Shown: piece by piece, positions 1 to 12,150 of the stretch
Layout: each line of letters opens with the position of its first letter
How positions within the stretch are numbered: the stretch's first letter is position 1
NCBI GenBank assembly: GCA_965287045.1
Contig: OZ336889.1
Coordinates: 44,082,001-44,146,000 of the forward strand
Direction of reading: 5' to 3'
Origin: Carcharhinus amblyrhynchos
Lineage: Eukaryota
Length of the DNA: 64,000 bases
The notes under the pieces: model-generated
Told to the model about the DNA's origin: nothing
The model's database searches: none
The model's input: the letters and a program-made list of their open reading frames with translations, nothing else
Translations under genes and position numbers: made by a program

Positions 1-311
1 AGAACGAGGACATTTGGCTGCAAAATATGGGGAGAAAATTGCGGACTGAGTTGAGAACGAACTTCTTCACCCACAAGGGTGTGAATCTGTGAAATTCTTT
101 CCCCACGGCAGCAGTTGAGACTACCTCGTTGAATGTTTTTAAGGCAAGGATAGATAAATTTTGAACAGCAAAGGGAATTATGGTTTATGGTGAGTGAGCA
201 GATAAGGGGAGCGGAGTCCATGAGAAGATCAGCCTTGATCTAATTGAATGGCGGAGCAGGCTTGAGGAGCCAAATGGCTTACTCCTGCCCCCAGTTCTTA
301 TTTTCTAATGC
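1..311 (+). mobile_element. CR1-clade LINE 3' end (truncated by window edge)
   Basis: Typical CR1 ORF2 C-terminal/3' UTR sequence ending in a ttctta-type tail; paralogous to 21281-21590. Confidence 0.75.
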
Positions 312-1497
312 ATTTATGACAACAAATGCTGGCGTTGACATCCATGTCCACACTCCATGAAGGAAAGAAAAGCAACCAATCTCTGAATATGCTCAGAACC
401 CCTTAGCCCTGCACAACATTTAGACCTGTGGAATTCAAGTATATCGTAAATCATCTCTAAATAAAGACCCTTCTCAGGGTTAATTAGGGTTGAGCAATAA
501 ATACTGACCGAGGCCACGATGTCTACACCCCGCTACTGAAATTAAAGTAAAAATGTATTGACTCTCTCTACCTCTTCTGGCAAAATTCACCAGCACATAT
601 ACCTGCATTAAATTTCATCTGTCTCTTGTCTGTGGATTCCTGTCGCTATCTATGCGTTGTTGCAGTGAATAGTGATCATCCTCACTGTTTGCCATACCTT
701 GACGTTTTATATCGTGGCCAACTTTCTCGGCACTGACAGCGAGGAAACACCAATATTTATCATACCCCATTCTTAAAAAAAGGTGCAATTTATTCTTTTC
801 TGTCCTCCAGACATTTTTTACAAGTCCAACGTGAAACTAACCCTCCTATTCCATGATCCTCAATTTTGTTAAACAACCTTTTATGGGGGACTTTGCCAAA
901 GGATTTCATAAAATCTATATAAATAGCATGCGCTGCATTCACTTCATCAAACATTTTGCTGCTTACTGAGAAAATGCAATTTTGTTAGTCAAAAACAACT
1001 CGTTTTTCACAAACCCGTGCTGGCTCACTTCAAATAAACTGAATTATTTTAGATTATCTGCTTTTCTGAAACCTTATATACCAACTGTCCGGTCCATATA
1101 GATTGGAAATTCCCTCACCCTATTCCTGAACAGGGCTGACACATTCGCTATTTTCTACTGCTCCGGCACCTCCCCTGTTCAGTTGTCCATCTGTCGTCCG
1201 TAGAAAGCAGAACCTTGGCCCATTGTCTGCTGATGCTTTGGTCTGAGCCGTTTCCATGGCAGGTTTTGTCAGTGGTGGTTTGCCATTGTCTTCACTCTCG
1301 GGTGCAGGGGCAGACGGCAGGTCAGCAGTCCACCGGAGTCAGAAGAGAACTTGAACCGGTACCGTTGGCATTGTTCTGATACGTGTGCGAGGTATCCCGG
1401 CTACCTAAATCCATCAGCCCCCAACCAGGTGTTCATCTGGAGAAAAACAGAAGGTTATGGCATCATTAACTATTATTAGCTTATTGTTAGTTTTTAA

Positions 1498-1800
1498 GGG
1501 TGACACGGTGGCACAGGTTTTAGCGCTGCCGCCTCACAGCTCCAGCGACCCGGATTCAAATCCACCCTTGGGTGACTGTGTGGAGATCTCCCGTGTCTGC
1601 GTGGGATTCCTCCTGATGCTCCAGTTTCCTCCCACAATCCAAAGATGTGCAGGTTAAGTGGATTGGCCACGCTGAATTGTCCTATCCTGTCAAGGACTTG
1701 GTGGTGTAAATGGGTGAGGTTACGGACTTGGGGGATTGCTGTCGATGCAGTCTTGACAGGACGAACGGCCTGCTTCTGCAGGGATTTTATGATCCTATGA
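1498..1800 (+). mobile_element. tRNA-derived V-SINE (HE1-like)
   Basis: tRNA-like head (ggtggcacagg...ggattcaaatcc), V-domain core (tttcctcccacaatccaaagatgtgcagg), tail tatgatcctatga. Confidence 0.8.
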
Positions 1801-2169
1801 ATATTTATGTATTTGTTGTGAATGTTAGGCGCTATTTTCAAACTGGGTACGAACGGAATTTAGTATAATATTTTCTACGATAAGGGTAGCAATCCGTGCT
1901 TGATCTTGAAACTTCCATAGCTATCACAATTTTAATGAACAACTGCTTTATTTGAATTTTCACAATTCATTCTTCAAAGTGTTGACATAATAAACTCGCA
2001 GTCTCATGTGGCAAAAAGTATCCCTCCCAGGCCGGTTAATAAAACTTCATCTCATCGTCCATGTTTTTCTTAGAAGACTTAATTCACCAAGGCTCTCCAT
2101 TCCCGGCAGTTCGCGAACAACACAAGGTACAATCAACATCAAACATTCCTGTGCATTTTCCATCCTTCA

Positions 2170-2372
2170 CTTTCTGCCTGTCTGTCTCCTCTCTCTCCCT
2201 GTCTTGCTCTATCTATCTGCTTGTCTGTCTGTCTATCTCTCTCTATCCAGCTATCTGTGTGTCTTTCACCTACCTACTTACATATCTGTTCTTTCTTTCT
2301 TTCTATCCGTTCTGTCCTTCCGACCTTCTACCTATCGCCCTGTCTCCCTGTCCATCCGCTCATCTATCTATT
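2170..2372 (+). repeat. Degenerate (TCTA/TCTG/TC)n microsatellite
   Basis: Visible low-complexity tract; longer paralogue at ~23450-23675. Confidence 0.8.
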
Positions 2373-2650
2373 GTGTGTTGTCAATAAGGACACTGCTCAA
2401 CCTCTTTAATTTCTCGCTATGCTCAAACTCAATTCGCACTGTGCTTTTCCAACTCGAGTTTGGGCGGAATCATATAGTCACAAAACAGTTTACTGCCTCC
2501 AGTTTTTCCGCTTTATTGTCCCGCTCAGACTTCTAAAACTCAAATACGCTGGTCACCCAGTCACCCATGTTTTACCCGCCATTTCATTTTTTTGGTACAC
2601 ATTTATTCACGTGTTGAAACCTATTTTTTGACATTTGTTTCGAAAATAGC

Positions 2651-2788
2651 TGACGTACGCCTATGCAAATCGCAGTCAACTCAGGACACGAAATCCTATT
2701 GCCCGCTTTAGATGATGGGGTTTCGCATGCATACTTAATATTCAATGACGTTGTCAAGGTTGCAGCCTCTTAAGGAGAGCTTTATAAA
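2651..2788 (+). promoter_or_regulatory. IgL cluster 1 promoter: octamer, CRE-like sites, TATA
   Basis: ATGCAAAT at 2663-2670, TGACGT at 2651-2656 and 2746-2751, TATAAA at 2783-2788, about 60 nt before the leader ATG (2850). Confidence 0.75.
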
Positions 2789-2849
2789 GAGCCCAGGAAC
2801 GCACTGTGTCAAGAAGTATTTCAGTCTGACCCTCACTAGGACCTTCACC

Positions 2850-2892
2850 ATGACTGTTCGAGTCCTTGCCGCACTAATGCTCTGTTTTCACA
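2850..2892 (+). CDS. IGL: Ig light chain cluster 1, leader exon (MTVRVLAALMLCFH)
   Basis: ATG, hydrophobic signal peptide, phase-1 donor A|gtaggt at 2893; splices in frame to 3028. Confidence 0.9.
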
Positions 2893-3027
2893 GTAGGTGT
2901 TGCGTTAACTTTCACTCTTGTTGCTATTTTTACTGCACTTATTGTCTATGCTTGACTTTAACGGAGCTGAATTGCAAACAATATACACAATTGTAGAGCC
3001 TGACAGGTCAATAACTTATTTCACCAG

Positions 3028-3369
3028 GTGCCATCGGAGATATTGTCCTGACCCAGCCAGGATCCATTTCAACGTCCCCGGGAAAGACTGTCAAGATCAC
3101 CTGTACCATGTCCGGAGGCAGCATTGGCAGCTACTACACGAGCTGGTACTGGCAGAAACCCGACAGCGCCCCTGTGTTTGTTTGGTACGGGAGCTCCACC
3201 AGAGGTCCAGGAATTCCAGATCGATTCACCGGATCTGTGGACTCATCGAGTAACAAGATGCATTTAACCATCACCAACGTTCAATCGGAGGACGCCGCCG
3301 ATTATTACTGTGCTGTAGCTAGAAGCGGAATATCCACCTTCGGGAGAGGAACCAAGCTGAACCTGGGCA
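3028..3369 (+). CDS. IGL: Ig lambda-like (type II) germline-joined V-J exon, cluster 1 (CDR3 AVARSGIST)
   Basis: Acceptor tttcaccag|; open frame DIVLTQPGS...ITC...WYWQKP...[23 protein letters not shown]; donor A|gtaagt at 3370; no RSS between V and J. Confidence 0.97.
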
Positions 3370-3692
3370 GTAAGTAAATTGTTTACCGCATCACTGCGGA
3401 CACTGAAAAAAACACTTTAAACATATTGGCTTGACTGATTGAATTATAGCAAATCACGGCTACTGTCATTTAAATACGTTTCGACAGAGCTGGTGATCCA
3501 GTGTCATGTGCCGTGCAAAAGTTCGTCAGTGCGACCAGTTTTATAGGCAATATCTAGGCTTTTAAACGTGTCCTGGAGAAACTTTTCTCAGATGAAACCA
3601 TACCACCCGGTTTTAACCAGGGCAGTGGGACTTTAAAACAAGGTTCACTGGGATCTTCCTGAATGCTCTGGCGGAAATTTGCCCCTTATTCT

Positions 3693-4727
3693 TCTAGCAA
3701 GGTGGAAGCTGAAATTTCCACCTTGCGGCCAGTGGATAGTCGGAGAACATCAATTGAATCTGATTGGAAGAGTGCGGAAGGGACGGGATAGGATAGATTG
3801 TTTGGCCAAGGGGCTGTTCGCACTGCTGCATCTTACCTGTATTAATAAGGCGATCAGAGCCATGGTAAAACGGAGAAATATTCTAAGAATGAAACTCAAG
3901 GAAATTGACTCAGGACGCGCTCTTTTCAAAGAAGGCGTTTGGCCTCATTCTGTGTTCCAGAATTCCAGGGTTTTAAGAATCCCAGAGTTTTGGAGCTGGA
4001 TAGCGCCGGCTAAAAGGCTAAATTACAAAATCAAAAATTCACTCCACTTAGAGCAATATTGCACATTAATCCCCGTTCTCGGAATGGGAGCGTTAATGTG
4101 ATAATTTGCTGCAACTCAATCTCGTCTCCAAACTGAGTGAAACCGTCCAGAAAATAAAATTCTCAATATTCCCTACCCCCAGAATGCAATGAAAGCATTT
4201 TTCCAGCGAGATGGAGTTTAAATTTCCACCTTCCGGTCAGCTGATAACTTGCGAATTGAATTTCATTGCGAGACAGCAAAAGTGGCACGATTGGTTATAT
4301 TGTTTAGCCAAGGGGCTGTTCGCACTGCTGCATCTTGCCTGTATTAATGGGGCGAGCAGAACGATGGCGAAATGGAGAAATATTCTAAGAAGTAAACACA
4401 ACTACGTAGGAAATTGAGTCTGCGCGCTCTTTTCAAAGAATGCGTTGGCCTCATTCTGTGTCCCAGAATTCCAAGATTCTAAGAACCCCACGAATTTTTT
4501 TTAGATGGATAACGCCGGTAAAAAGGCTAAGTTGCAAAATCATTCCACTTTGAGAGCAATACTGCACATTAATCCCCATTCTCGCATTGGTAACGTTAAT
4601 GAGATAACTTGCTGCAACTCAATATGGTCTCCAAACTCAGTGAAAACGTTCGGAGGATAAAAAAGATTTTCAATAATCCATACCACCTCCCTCCCCCGCC
4701 CGAAAAATGCAACAAAAATACCAGCGA
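3693..4727 (+). repeat. Two-unit ~510-bp tandem duplication in the J-C intron of cluster 1
   Basis: Units ~3693-4201 and ~4202-4727 share long blocks (gccaaggggctgttcgcactgctgcatctt; gcgctcttttcaaagaa; tgctgcaactcaat). Confidence 0.85.
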
Positions 4728-6497
4728 TCAGCTAGTGATAATAGTCAGCGCTCTACTATTTTCGGCATAACCGAATAACAAACATCTGTAACTGACATTA
4801 CATCTACTTCCTTAACATGTGACTGGCTCATTAACTTCCGTCTTGATGAATTGCATGCGCACATCTCGCATCAGGCGTTCAGATTGCTGCACCTGCTTTT
4901 TTATTTACTCAGTTGAACCTGACTCCTGGTTCTGTGATCAGCCTGAGAGGATTTGTATTACTGAAAATTCGCGTACTCCATCGCATTGTGAATTGTTTTT
5001 TTTTGCTCGGCGGTATCACGGAGATAAGAACAAGATAAAAAAGGGAAAATGGTCTGTAATTCCGCCGATAATACAGACCTTGGTGTCGACGCATTTTTGC
5101 GCAGATTTATACGGATGGCAATGATTGCTCAATAATCCCATGGGATTTCAGATATTTCTGTATTATGATGCTCAGTTCAATTCCGGAGTATGATAAATCT
5201 CCGATAAGCGGGGTTAAATGCACTTCTCAAATTGCACGGTTCCGTCTCCCAATTCTTGTGTCAACAACCTTATATGTCCCAAGGCGAAATTCTCCGGACT
5301 GCAATAGATTGTATAGCATTGGTGAAAATGCAGTAACGTTTCAACATTTTCTTCTTACTAAATAAAAAAAACCGAGAGTCGGGCATTTTAGCTCGTTCTT
5401 GTACTGCCTGGTGTGAATGGTTAGCCGAACAGGCAGCAGATTGTGACCTTCTGTCTTCAACCATATTACCCGCGGTAAACATTCATTGTTACTCTCATGG
5501 GATTATTTCTTTTTAAGAATAAAAGCAAAGAACTTGCATTAGCATAGCGCCCATCACGACCTCAGGATATCCGAGCCTGTTTTAGTCAATTGTGTGTCGT
5601 TAGTTTTCATGTCAGCCATGCTTGTAAGAAATGGGGTAGCTTATTTCCGCAGAACAAAGACCCACAACCTTCAATCAGCAGTTAATGGAATGAAGCCATA
5701 TTGGTTGTGAAGTAAATTATTGGCCAAGTCACATTGGTTGCATTGTTTGAGCACTGAGACTGTTTTTCGATTATTATATTATATAACGTGGATATACCTG
5801 TTTACATAGCAGCGTTATTTGTAGGAAACTGTTTGTTGAAAAGATTCCACTTGTGACGCTGTAGACCAGTGATGTTCCAGATAGATTATTCGGAATGTAA
5901 TGGAACAGTCTCCTGCAGGATTACACATTATAGTCGGACCAGGATTGGGGCTGTGGGGAAATGACTGTGAGAAGTGGGGAGAAACCTGGTGCAAGCTGAG
6001 AAGGTGCAAAGCGGCCATGACAGTGAATGTGGAGACTCCAGATATTAGCCCAATGTTACATTTCTGTAAAAAGAAGTTCAAACTGGAAAGTTCTAAATAG
6101 TTTGTTGAGCAGTACACTGTTTAGAATCAAATGTTATGTGTTTAATTATCTTTACTCCCAACTTTGTTCCAAGATTTACTCCTAATGCCGATCATTTGCT
6201 TTGAACACATCAGTGCTATGTTCTGCATTCATTTTCGCTAAGATTCAATTTCTACTTAAGATATTGCATGTGTTTCTAGTCAGGCAGAAAAATTAGGGAT
6301 ATCTTAACAGACTATATATCGTTGAAAACTATTCGGGGCAGCGGCTGTGCAGTTACATTAATGAAGATACCTTGTATTAATTTCCCCGCAGCTTTGTACA
6401 GTGACGTGCAATCTTCAAAGATTTCAACAATGCAAAACATTGATTCTGACTCTTTTTGTCATTTAAGAATGAATCTTTTGTTTTATCCACTTTTCAG

Positions 6498-6820
6498 ATC
6501 CACGGAGCCCCACCATGTCTCTGCTTCCGCCTTCATCGGATCAAATCACAGCGAAGAACATGGCGACCCTGGTGTGTTTGGTGAGCGGTTTTAACCCGGG
6601 AGCTGCGGAGATTGAATGGACTGTAGATGGCAGCGTCAGAGGGAATGGGGTTGAGACCAGTCGGATACAGCAGGAGGCGGACAACACGTTCAGTGTGAGC
6701 AGTTATCTGACTCTGTCAGCCTCAGAGTGGAAGTCACACGAGCTTTACTCCTGTGTGGTCAAACACGAGGCTCTAGCAAACCCGCTTCGAACAAGCATCT
6801 CCAGATCCAGCTGTATGTGA
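6498..6820 (+). CDS. IGL: Ig light chain constant exon, cluster 1
   Basis: Acceptor ttttcag|; C1-set domain PRSPTMSLLPPSSDQ...ATLVCLVSGFNPG...W...YSCVVKHEAL...SSCM*; phase matches the V-J exon. Confidence 0.97.
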
Positions 6821-6905
6821 TTGCAAGATCTTGTGCGCTGATTCCTTATTTTAGTAGCAATGTCTGTTTAACAAAATATCAACTGCAGTAAAGAGGCACA
6901 TTTTA

Positions 6906-7015
6906 AATAAATCATCACAATCGGCAGTTTGCTGTCTCGGTCTCGCTGCCTGTATTTAATGTGTTCACCCCGAACTGTTAAAGTGCAATGTTGCAAATAC
7001 TCGCAATGCAATAAA
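6906..7015 (+). terminator. Candidate polyadenylation signals, cluster 1
   Basis: AATAAA at 6906-6911 and 7010-7015, both retained in cluster 2. Confidence 0.6.
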
Positions 7016-7439
7016 ATTACTGCCATTAACTCAGACGTTGTGATTATGATCAATCTGCTTCCATGGACAAAATTCCTAAGCAAATTTTTAATTGTGAGGA
7101 ATCGTGAAGTTTGTTTTTGCTGCGTTCTGCATTTATGTAAAGTCAATGACACCAATCGTATGCGCACATGTGGAAGTAATCTTGCAACATAATTTTCAAG
7201 GTAGATCTGACTGAATGTTGTAGTGTGTGGATAGCGGTGATCATGATGTGGATGTTTCTGACAATAATTCACAGCGCTTAATGTGAGAGTTTCTAAATTA
7301 CCTGGTTCCACAATTTTAGGTAACATCTAGCATCCTCTTTCGGATACCGGCACCATTTTGTTCTTAAAAATATACAATCATTTGAATTGATTGCTGAGAT
7401 ATATTATGAAGCATTTTCTGCTTCCATCAGACTTTTGAA

Positions 7440-7622
7440 CCTTGCATTAAGTTGATCTTTCGCTGCACCCTAGCTACAACTGTAACACTACATTCTGCAC
7501 CCTCTCGTTTCCTTCTTTGTGAACGGTATGCTTTGTCTGTACAGCGGGCAAGAAACAATACTTTTCCTCGTATACCAATGCATGTGACAATAATAAATCA
7601 AATGAAATCAAAAAATCAAATC
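7440..7622 (+). mobile_element. Non-LTR retroelement 3' end with (aaatc)n-like tail
   Basis: Same family seen at ~18985-19145 and ~28745-28935. Confidence 0.55.
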
Positions 7623-7677
7623 ATATCTTCAGGTTCTGTGAGGCCTTTGACCGAAAGCAGCTCAGTTAAGTTGAAGT

Positions 7678-7908
7678 CAAAATACTGCGGATGCTGGAAA
7701 TCTCCAATAAAAGCAGAGTGTGCTTGAAAAACTTAGCTGGTCTGCCAACTTTCCTGGAGAGAGAAATATTTAACGTTTCGAGTCCAGTATGACTCTTATT
7801 CCAAAGTGATTTTGGGAAGAAGAGTCATATGGAGTTGTACCGTGAACTTTGTTTCTCTCTCATAGATGCTGACAGACCTGCTGAATTGTTCGAGCCCTTT
7901 CAGTTTTT
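7678..7908. mobile_element. Palindromic element resembling two head-to-head Penelope-like termini
   Basis: Imperfect inverted arms centred near 7805 (tatgactcttattcc / ggaagaagagtcata); arm resembles the terminus at ~51240-51375. Confidence 0.5.
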
Positions 7909-9389
7909 ACTTGAACTCAGAGAAGAATCGTCCTTTTTAAAATTCACACAAATCGCAAATCAATATTTCCCTTCAGTACATAGTTTTTCTGTGTAGATTT
8001 ACTTGAGACTGCCATAAATATATTGGTGCAAGTAAAATTGCAAGCTGCAAAGACCAGCAAAAACACAAACTATAAACAATGTAGGTGATGGTTTTCAATT
8101 ATGAAACGCAATCATTCTCTGCCCAAAGTTAATGAAGGAACCGGCAGTACCAAAGGAAACGAGCTTAGAAGTGACGTGCAGTTTCCTGAAGGCAACTATT
8201 TCAAGTATGTTGCACCGACAATAAATAAGGCACGCCAAAAAGATAGTGTTTTGATATATTGAACCTACATTATTTCTAAGTGAAGATATTATGCCGATCA
8301 ATATTAATTTTAAAATACACAAGTAAATTAAACTTCTTATAATTCTTATTAAACACATGGCATTGAAATTTGGAAGAAGAGCAAACTTCCGTTGCGTAAT
8401 AGAATTACTGCATGTACTTTGCAGCAGTAGAATATGAAACAATAGATTGAAAGGTGTGCCTTCAATAACAAGCAAGCAGGGTGCTGGTGAAGATAGCAAG
8501 AGATCTAACCCATGATAATTAAAATATATTGCATTTTTAGTTTACCTTTTATAAGTATTTAACCTTAGCCGTATTATATTACTTTTTAGTATTTACATTT
8601 AGAAACAAACAAGAAAAGGCTGAACCATTCTTATGTTCGTGCCTATGGTAAGAGGAGGTACAGACATACATGAATATTTGGAGTAAAAGACATTTAAGTA
8701 AGATTATCCTGTATTATAATTAAGAAGCTATGAATTAATTGGCAGAATTGGCTTCGCAACTTAAACAATTTAATAATAGTTATTTTCATAAAGAAAATTT
8801 GCGTTTGATCTGAAATGACGGAATGGAACTGGAGATGTCCACTTGATGCATTAATTAATGGACTGGGCGAACAGAATAGCTCAGAAATATCAATGCTGCG
8901 GTGCCGACTGTTCCAGAGTTGTGGAGACATCCAATTGCTATACCTCAAGCACACCACGCCCTCCACCAACCTCCCCCCACTCCCCCGTCACACTCCGGCC
9001 ATCTCCCGGCGCCGCTCAGCATCCACTATCCTCCGCTATTGTTCAGAGATCTGTCAGTAAAACGCCTTGTTGCCTGATTTTAAATAGGTTATTGCGTTTA
9101 AAGTTAACGACCTTTCTCTTAAATTGGTTTAAGTGAGGAAAAATACTTTGCGAGATAGAAAGCGACCCGCATCACTGACAGACACTGCGTTAGAACAGCT
9201 CCGCCTAGGACAACAGCGCCACGCTACGTTGCCGTTTACATGTTGTGGTAGAATAAGTAGAAACCACCGGGACGCTTAAGTATCACGATCAGAAAAACAT
9301 GAATTTGTTTAAATGAAATTCATTTGAACCGAAAGACAATTTGGACCATATGTTCAAAAGAGGTGGCTGTCGGGATAGCGAGTTCATTG

Positions 9390-9722
9390 AATCATAGAAT
9401 AAAATCATAACTTCATAGAATCATTACAGTGCTCAAACAGGTCGTTCGGCCCATCGCGTCTGCACCGACTCTCTGACAGAGCATCTCACCCAGGCTCAAA
9501 GCCCACTTACCCCACTAATCCCCCTAACCTACACATCTTGGGACATTAAAAGGCAATGTTAGCATGGCCGATCCACCTAACTGCACATCTTTGGACTGTG
9601 GGATGAACCCCACATAGACAAGGGGAAAACGTGCACATTCCACCCAGCCAGTCACCCAAGGCTGGAATCAAATCCTGGTCCTGGGCAGCCTGAGGCTGCA
9701 ATGCCAGCTACCACACCGCCCT
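9390..9722 (-). mobile_element. V-SINE (HE1-like)
   Basis: Reverse complement of head, core and tail (catagaa tail; cacatctttggactgtggga core). Confidence 0.75.
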
Positions 9723-9789
9723 TGATTGCGGTTACAAAATTGTATAAATTCTCGAGTAGTTCCTGCAGATTTTAAGTTATTAAATATAA

Positions 9790-10860
9790 CCTCACTATTT
9801 AAGAAAGGAGAGAGAAAAAAAGTGTAACTACAGACCTATTATCCTGACCTCAGTAGTAGAGGTATAATTTGATGACGTGCATTTCGTAAAGAATGATCGA
9901 ATTGTGGAGAGCCAACATGGATTTAGAAATAGAAGAACATTTGAAAAACCGAGTCGTTTTTTTTGAAGTTATAACTTGCAGAATAGGTAACGGGAAGTTG
10001 TTGGATGTGGTGTATTTGGATTTTGAACGTCTTTTTGTATGAGGTCCCACTCAGAAGGTTAGTAAACACAAAAAGGCAGACTGCATTTGGCTGTAATATT
10101 CTGGCATGGATTGGGAAGTGGTTATCAGACTCCAAAAAAACTATAGGAAGAGATGGCTCACCTTCAGGTTGACATATTGTGATTAGTGGGTTGCCGGAAG
10201 GAGCAGTGTTTGTGTCCCAGATTTTTACAATCAGTATCCACGGCTTGGATTCGGGAACAAAATGTAATATTTCCATGTTTGTTTGAGATGAGAATGTGAG
10301 TTGTGAGGAGGATGCAAAGAGACTCAAAAACCAGCCAAGTGACTGAGCAAGAATATGGTAGATGAAATATAATGTGGAAATACTGATGTTGTTCACTTTG
10401 GTAGCAAAACCAGATTGAGTGTATTTCTGAAATAGTGAGAGATTGGGAAGAATTGATGTCCAAAGGGACCTGGATGTCCTTGGTCATAAATCAGTGAAAG
10501 CTAACATTCAGTTGAAACATGCAATTCGGAAGACAAATGGCATGTTCGCCATAGCTGCAAGAGGATTTGAGTGTTGGTTAAAAAAATCTTGTCCAATTGT
10601 ATGGAGGCTTGGTGAGACCACACTAATGTACACAGTTTTGGTCTCCTTTGACAAGGCAGGATAGATTTGCCAGAGACAGTGTGCAACAATGCTTCATTAT
10701 ACTGATTCCTGAGATGGCAGCATTGTCCTAAGTGATGTAATTGAGGAATCTGGATCTGCATTTTTTCGAATTTAGGAGAATGAGAGGTGATGTCATGGGA
10801 GTACACCAAATTCATACGGTGATTGACAGGATAGATGAAGGGAGAATGCTGGCGGTGGCT
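9790..10860 (+). mobile_element. Decayed CR1 LINE RT region
   Basis: Recognisable RT fragments (DVVYLDF..., RDLDVL...) with stops and frameshifts. Confidence 0.7.
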
Positions 10861-10959
10861 GAGGGAAGGGCGGAGGCACTTTTGTAAACTGGAGACAGTT
10901 TCAGAATTTTCTTATTTTTTGGTGATCACTCGCTAATAAGTATGATTTTCCACCTAAGG

Positions 10960-12150
10960 AACACCATGTCAGTGGTCATGAGTACTGTGGGTCCTTGCAT
11001 GTTTAGCGAAAACAATCCTAGAATCACATCTCCGACCCCACATCTGGCAGGTATTTCTGGGAGGTGGCATTGCTCCTTGGACTCGAAATGACTGGCATTC
11101 CTTTCTCAGGTTCTTTTTCTGGATCTTTTCTTGCTGTCGAGTGTTCTCGAGGCTCCTTCACGTTGGTCTCTTTTGAACAAGGGTCGTGCGGGCATTTACA
11201 TCTGTGCTCCATTTCCATCCCTGTTACATTTCTTGAGGTAAAATTTAGAGTGCTTTTGAAACACTTCCTTTGTCTTTGTCTTGTTCAAGTCCCTTCCTTG
11301 GGCTCAGTGGAATAAATTTGCTCTGGCCATCAGGACTCTGGCATGCTAAGCACATGGCCATCTGAGTGGAGTTGGGTTCAGATGATCATGGCCTTGATGC
11401 TGGTGGTCTTAACTCCTTCAAGGACGCTGATGTTCGTATGCCTGTCTTTCCAGTTGATTTAGAGCATTCATCTCAAACAGCATTGGTGGTACCACTCCAG
11501 GGTCCTGAGGTGTCACCTTTATGTAGTCCAGGTATCTGAGCCACTGGAGGCTGACTGCCTTGTATATGAGGATCATAGTATCAGTACAGATGTCCCGGTC
11601 GCCAATCCCTCTTATCATTAAGTGTCTGAAGGTGGCGCTCACAGATGGAATGACATGTTGGGTTTCTATGTTAATGGCAGCCTTAGATAAGAGGTCTTTC
11701 CCCACATAGGGGAAATGTTTCATATTTGGGAGAGTTTCTCCTTGATCTTGGTAGAGGGAAAGATTACATTTTGCTTTGGAGTGGGTCGGTAAAGAACTTA
11801 TGTCTTCTTGAGGTTGAAGCTGAGATGAATTCTTCGATACACTTCCACAAAGCTATCAAGCATGGCTTTGGTATTCTCTTCTGAGAGCAGATATGGTGAT
11901 GACATCCACACACTGAAGTTCCACAAACAATGTCAGCATCATTCTCTTCTTCAATTTCAACCTGTTGTGGTCGCAAAATTTCCACCCATCTTGGATATTA
12001 CGTGAATTTCAGTGGAAAGCTTGTTTTTGACAAGGTGACCGATGGTGGTGATGAAGATGGAGAAAAGGATGGGCTGATGATACATCTCTGCTTGACTCCA
12101 GTTTTGAAATCTAAGGTTTATGTCATATTTCCATTGCTGACGGCTGTCAC
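10960..12150 (-). mobile_element. Decayed RTE-clade LINE fragment
   Basis: Minus-strand peptides KHFPYVG...SATFRHL...DTMILIYKAV resemble the RTE RT C-terminal region. Confidence 0.55.

Larger units (their letters stand above)
1..11882 (+). repeat. Segmental duplication unit A (contains IgL cluster 1); paralogue of ~21281-33711
   Basis: Colinear match by eye from base 1 (agaacgagg...) to ~11882 with the second copy; offset 21302 at the leader ATG. Confidence 0.92.

Noticed and set aside
2006-2536. 176-aa ORF (and 183-aa paralogue 23287-23838)
   Set aside because: Open only because it crosses a TC-rich microsatellite; no domain features.
2802-2808. CACTGTG heptamer near the cluster 1 start, as a possible RSS
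   Set aside because: No nonamer at 12- or 23-bp spacing, and it is not adjacent to a V or J end.
3306-3312. TACTGTG cryptic heptamer at the V1 FR3 end (V replacement)
   Set aside because: Explained by Tyr-Cys codons; altered in V2 (TACTGTT) and V3 (TATTGTG); no partner RSS in the window.
3628-3637. GGGACTTT kappaB-like site in the J-C intron
   Set aside because: Lacks the terminal CC and is not conserved in cluster 2.
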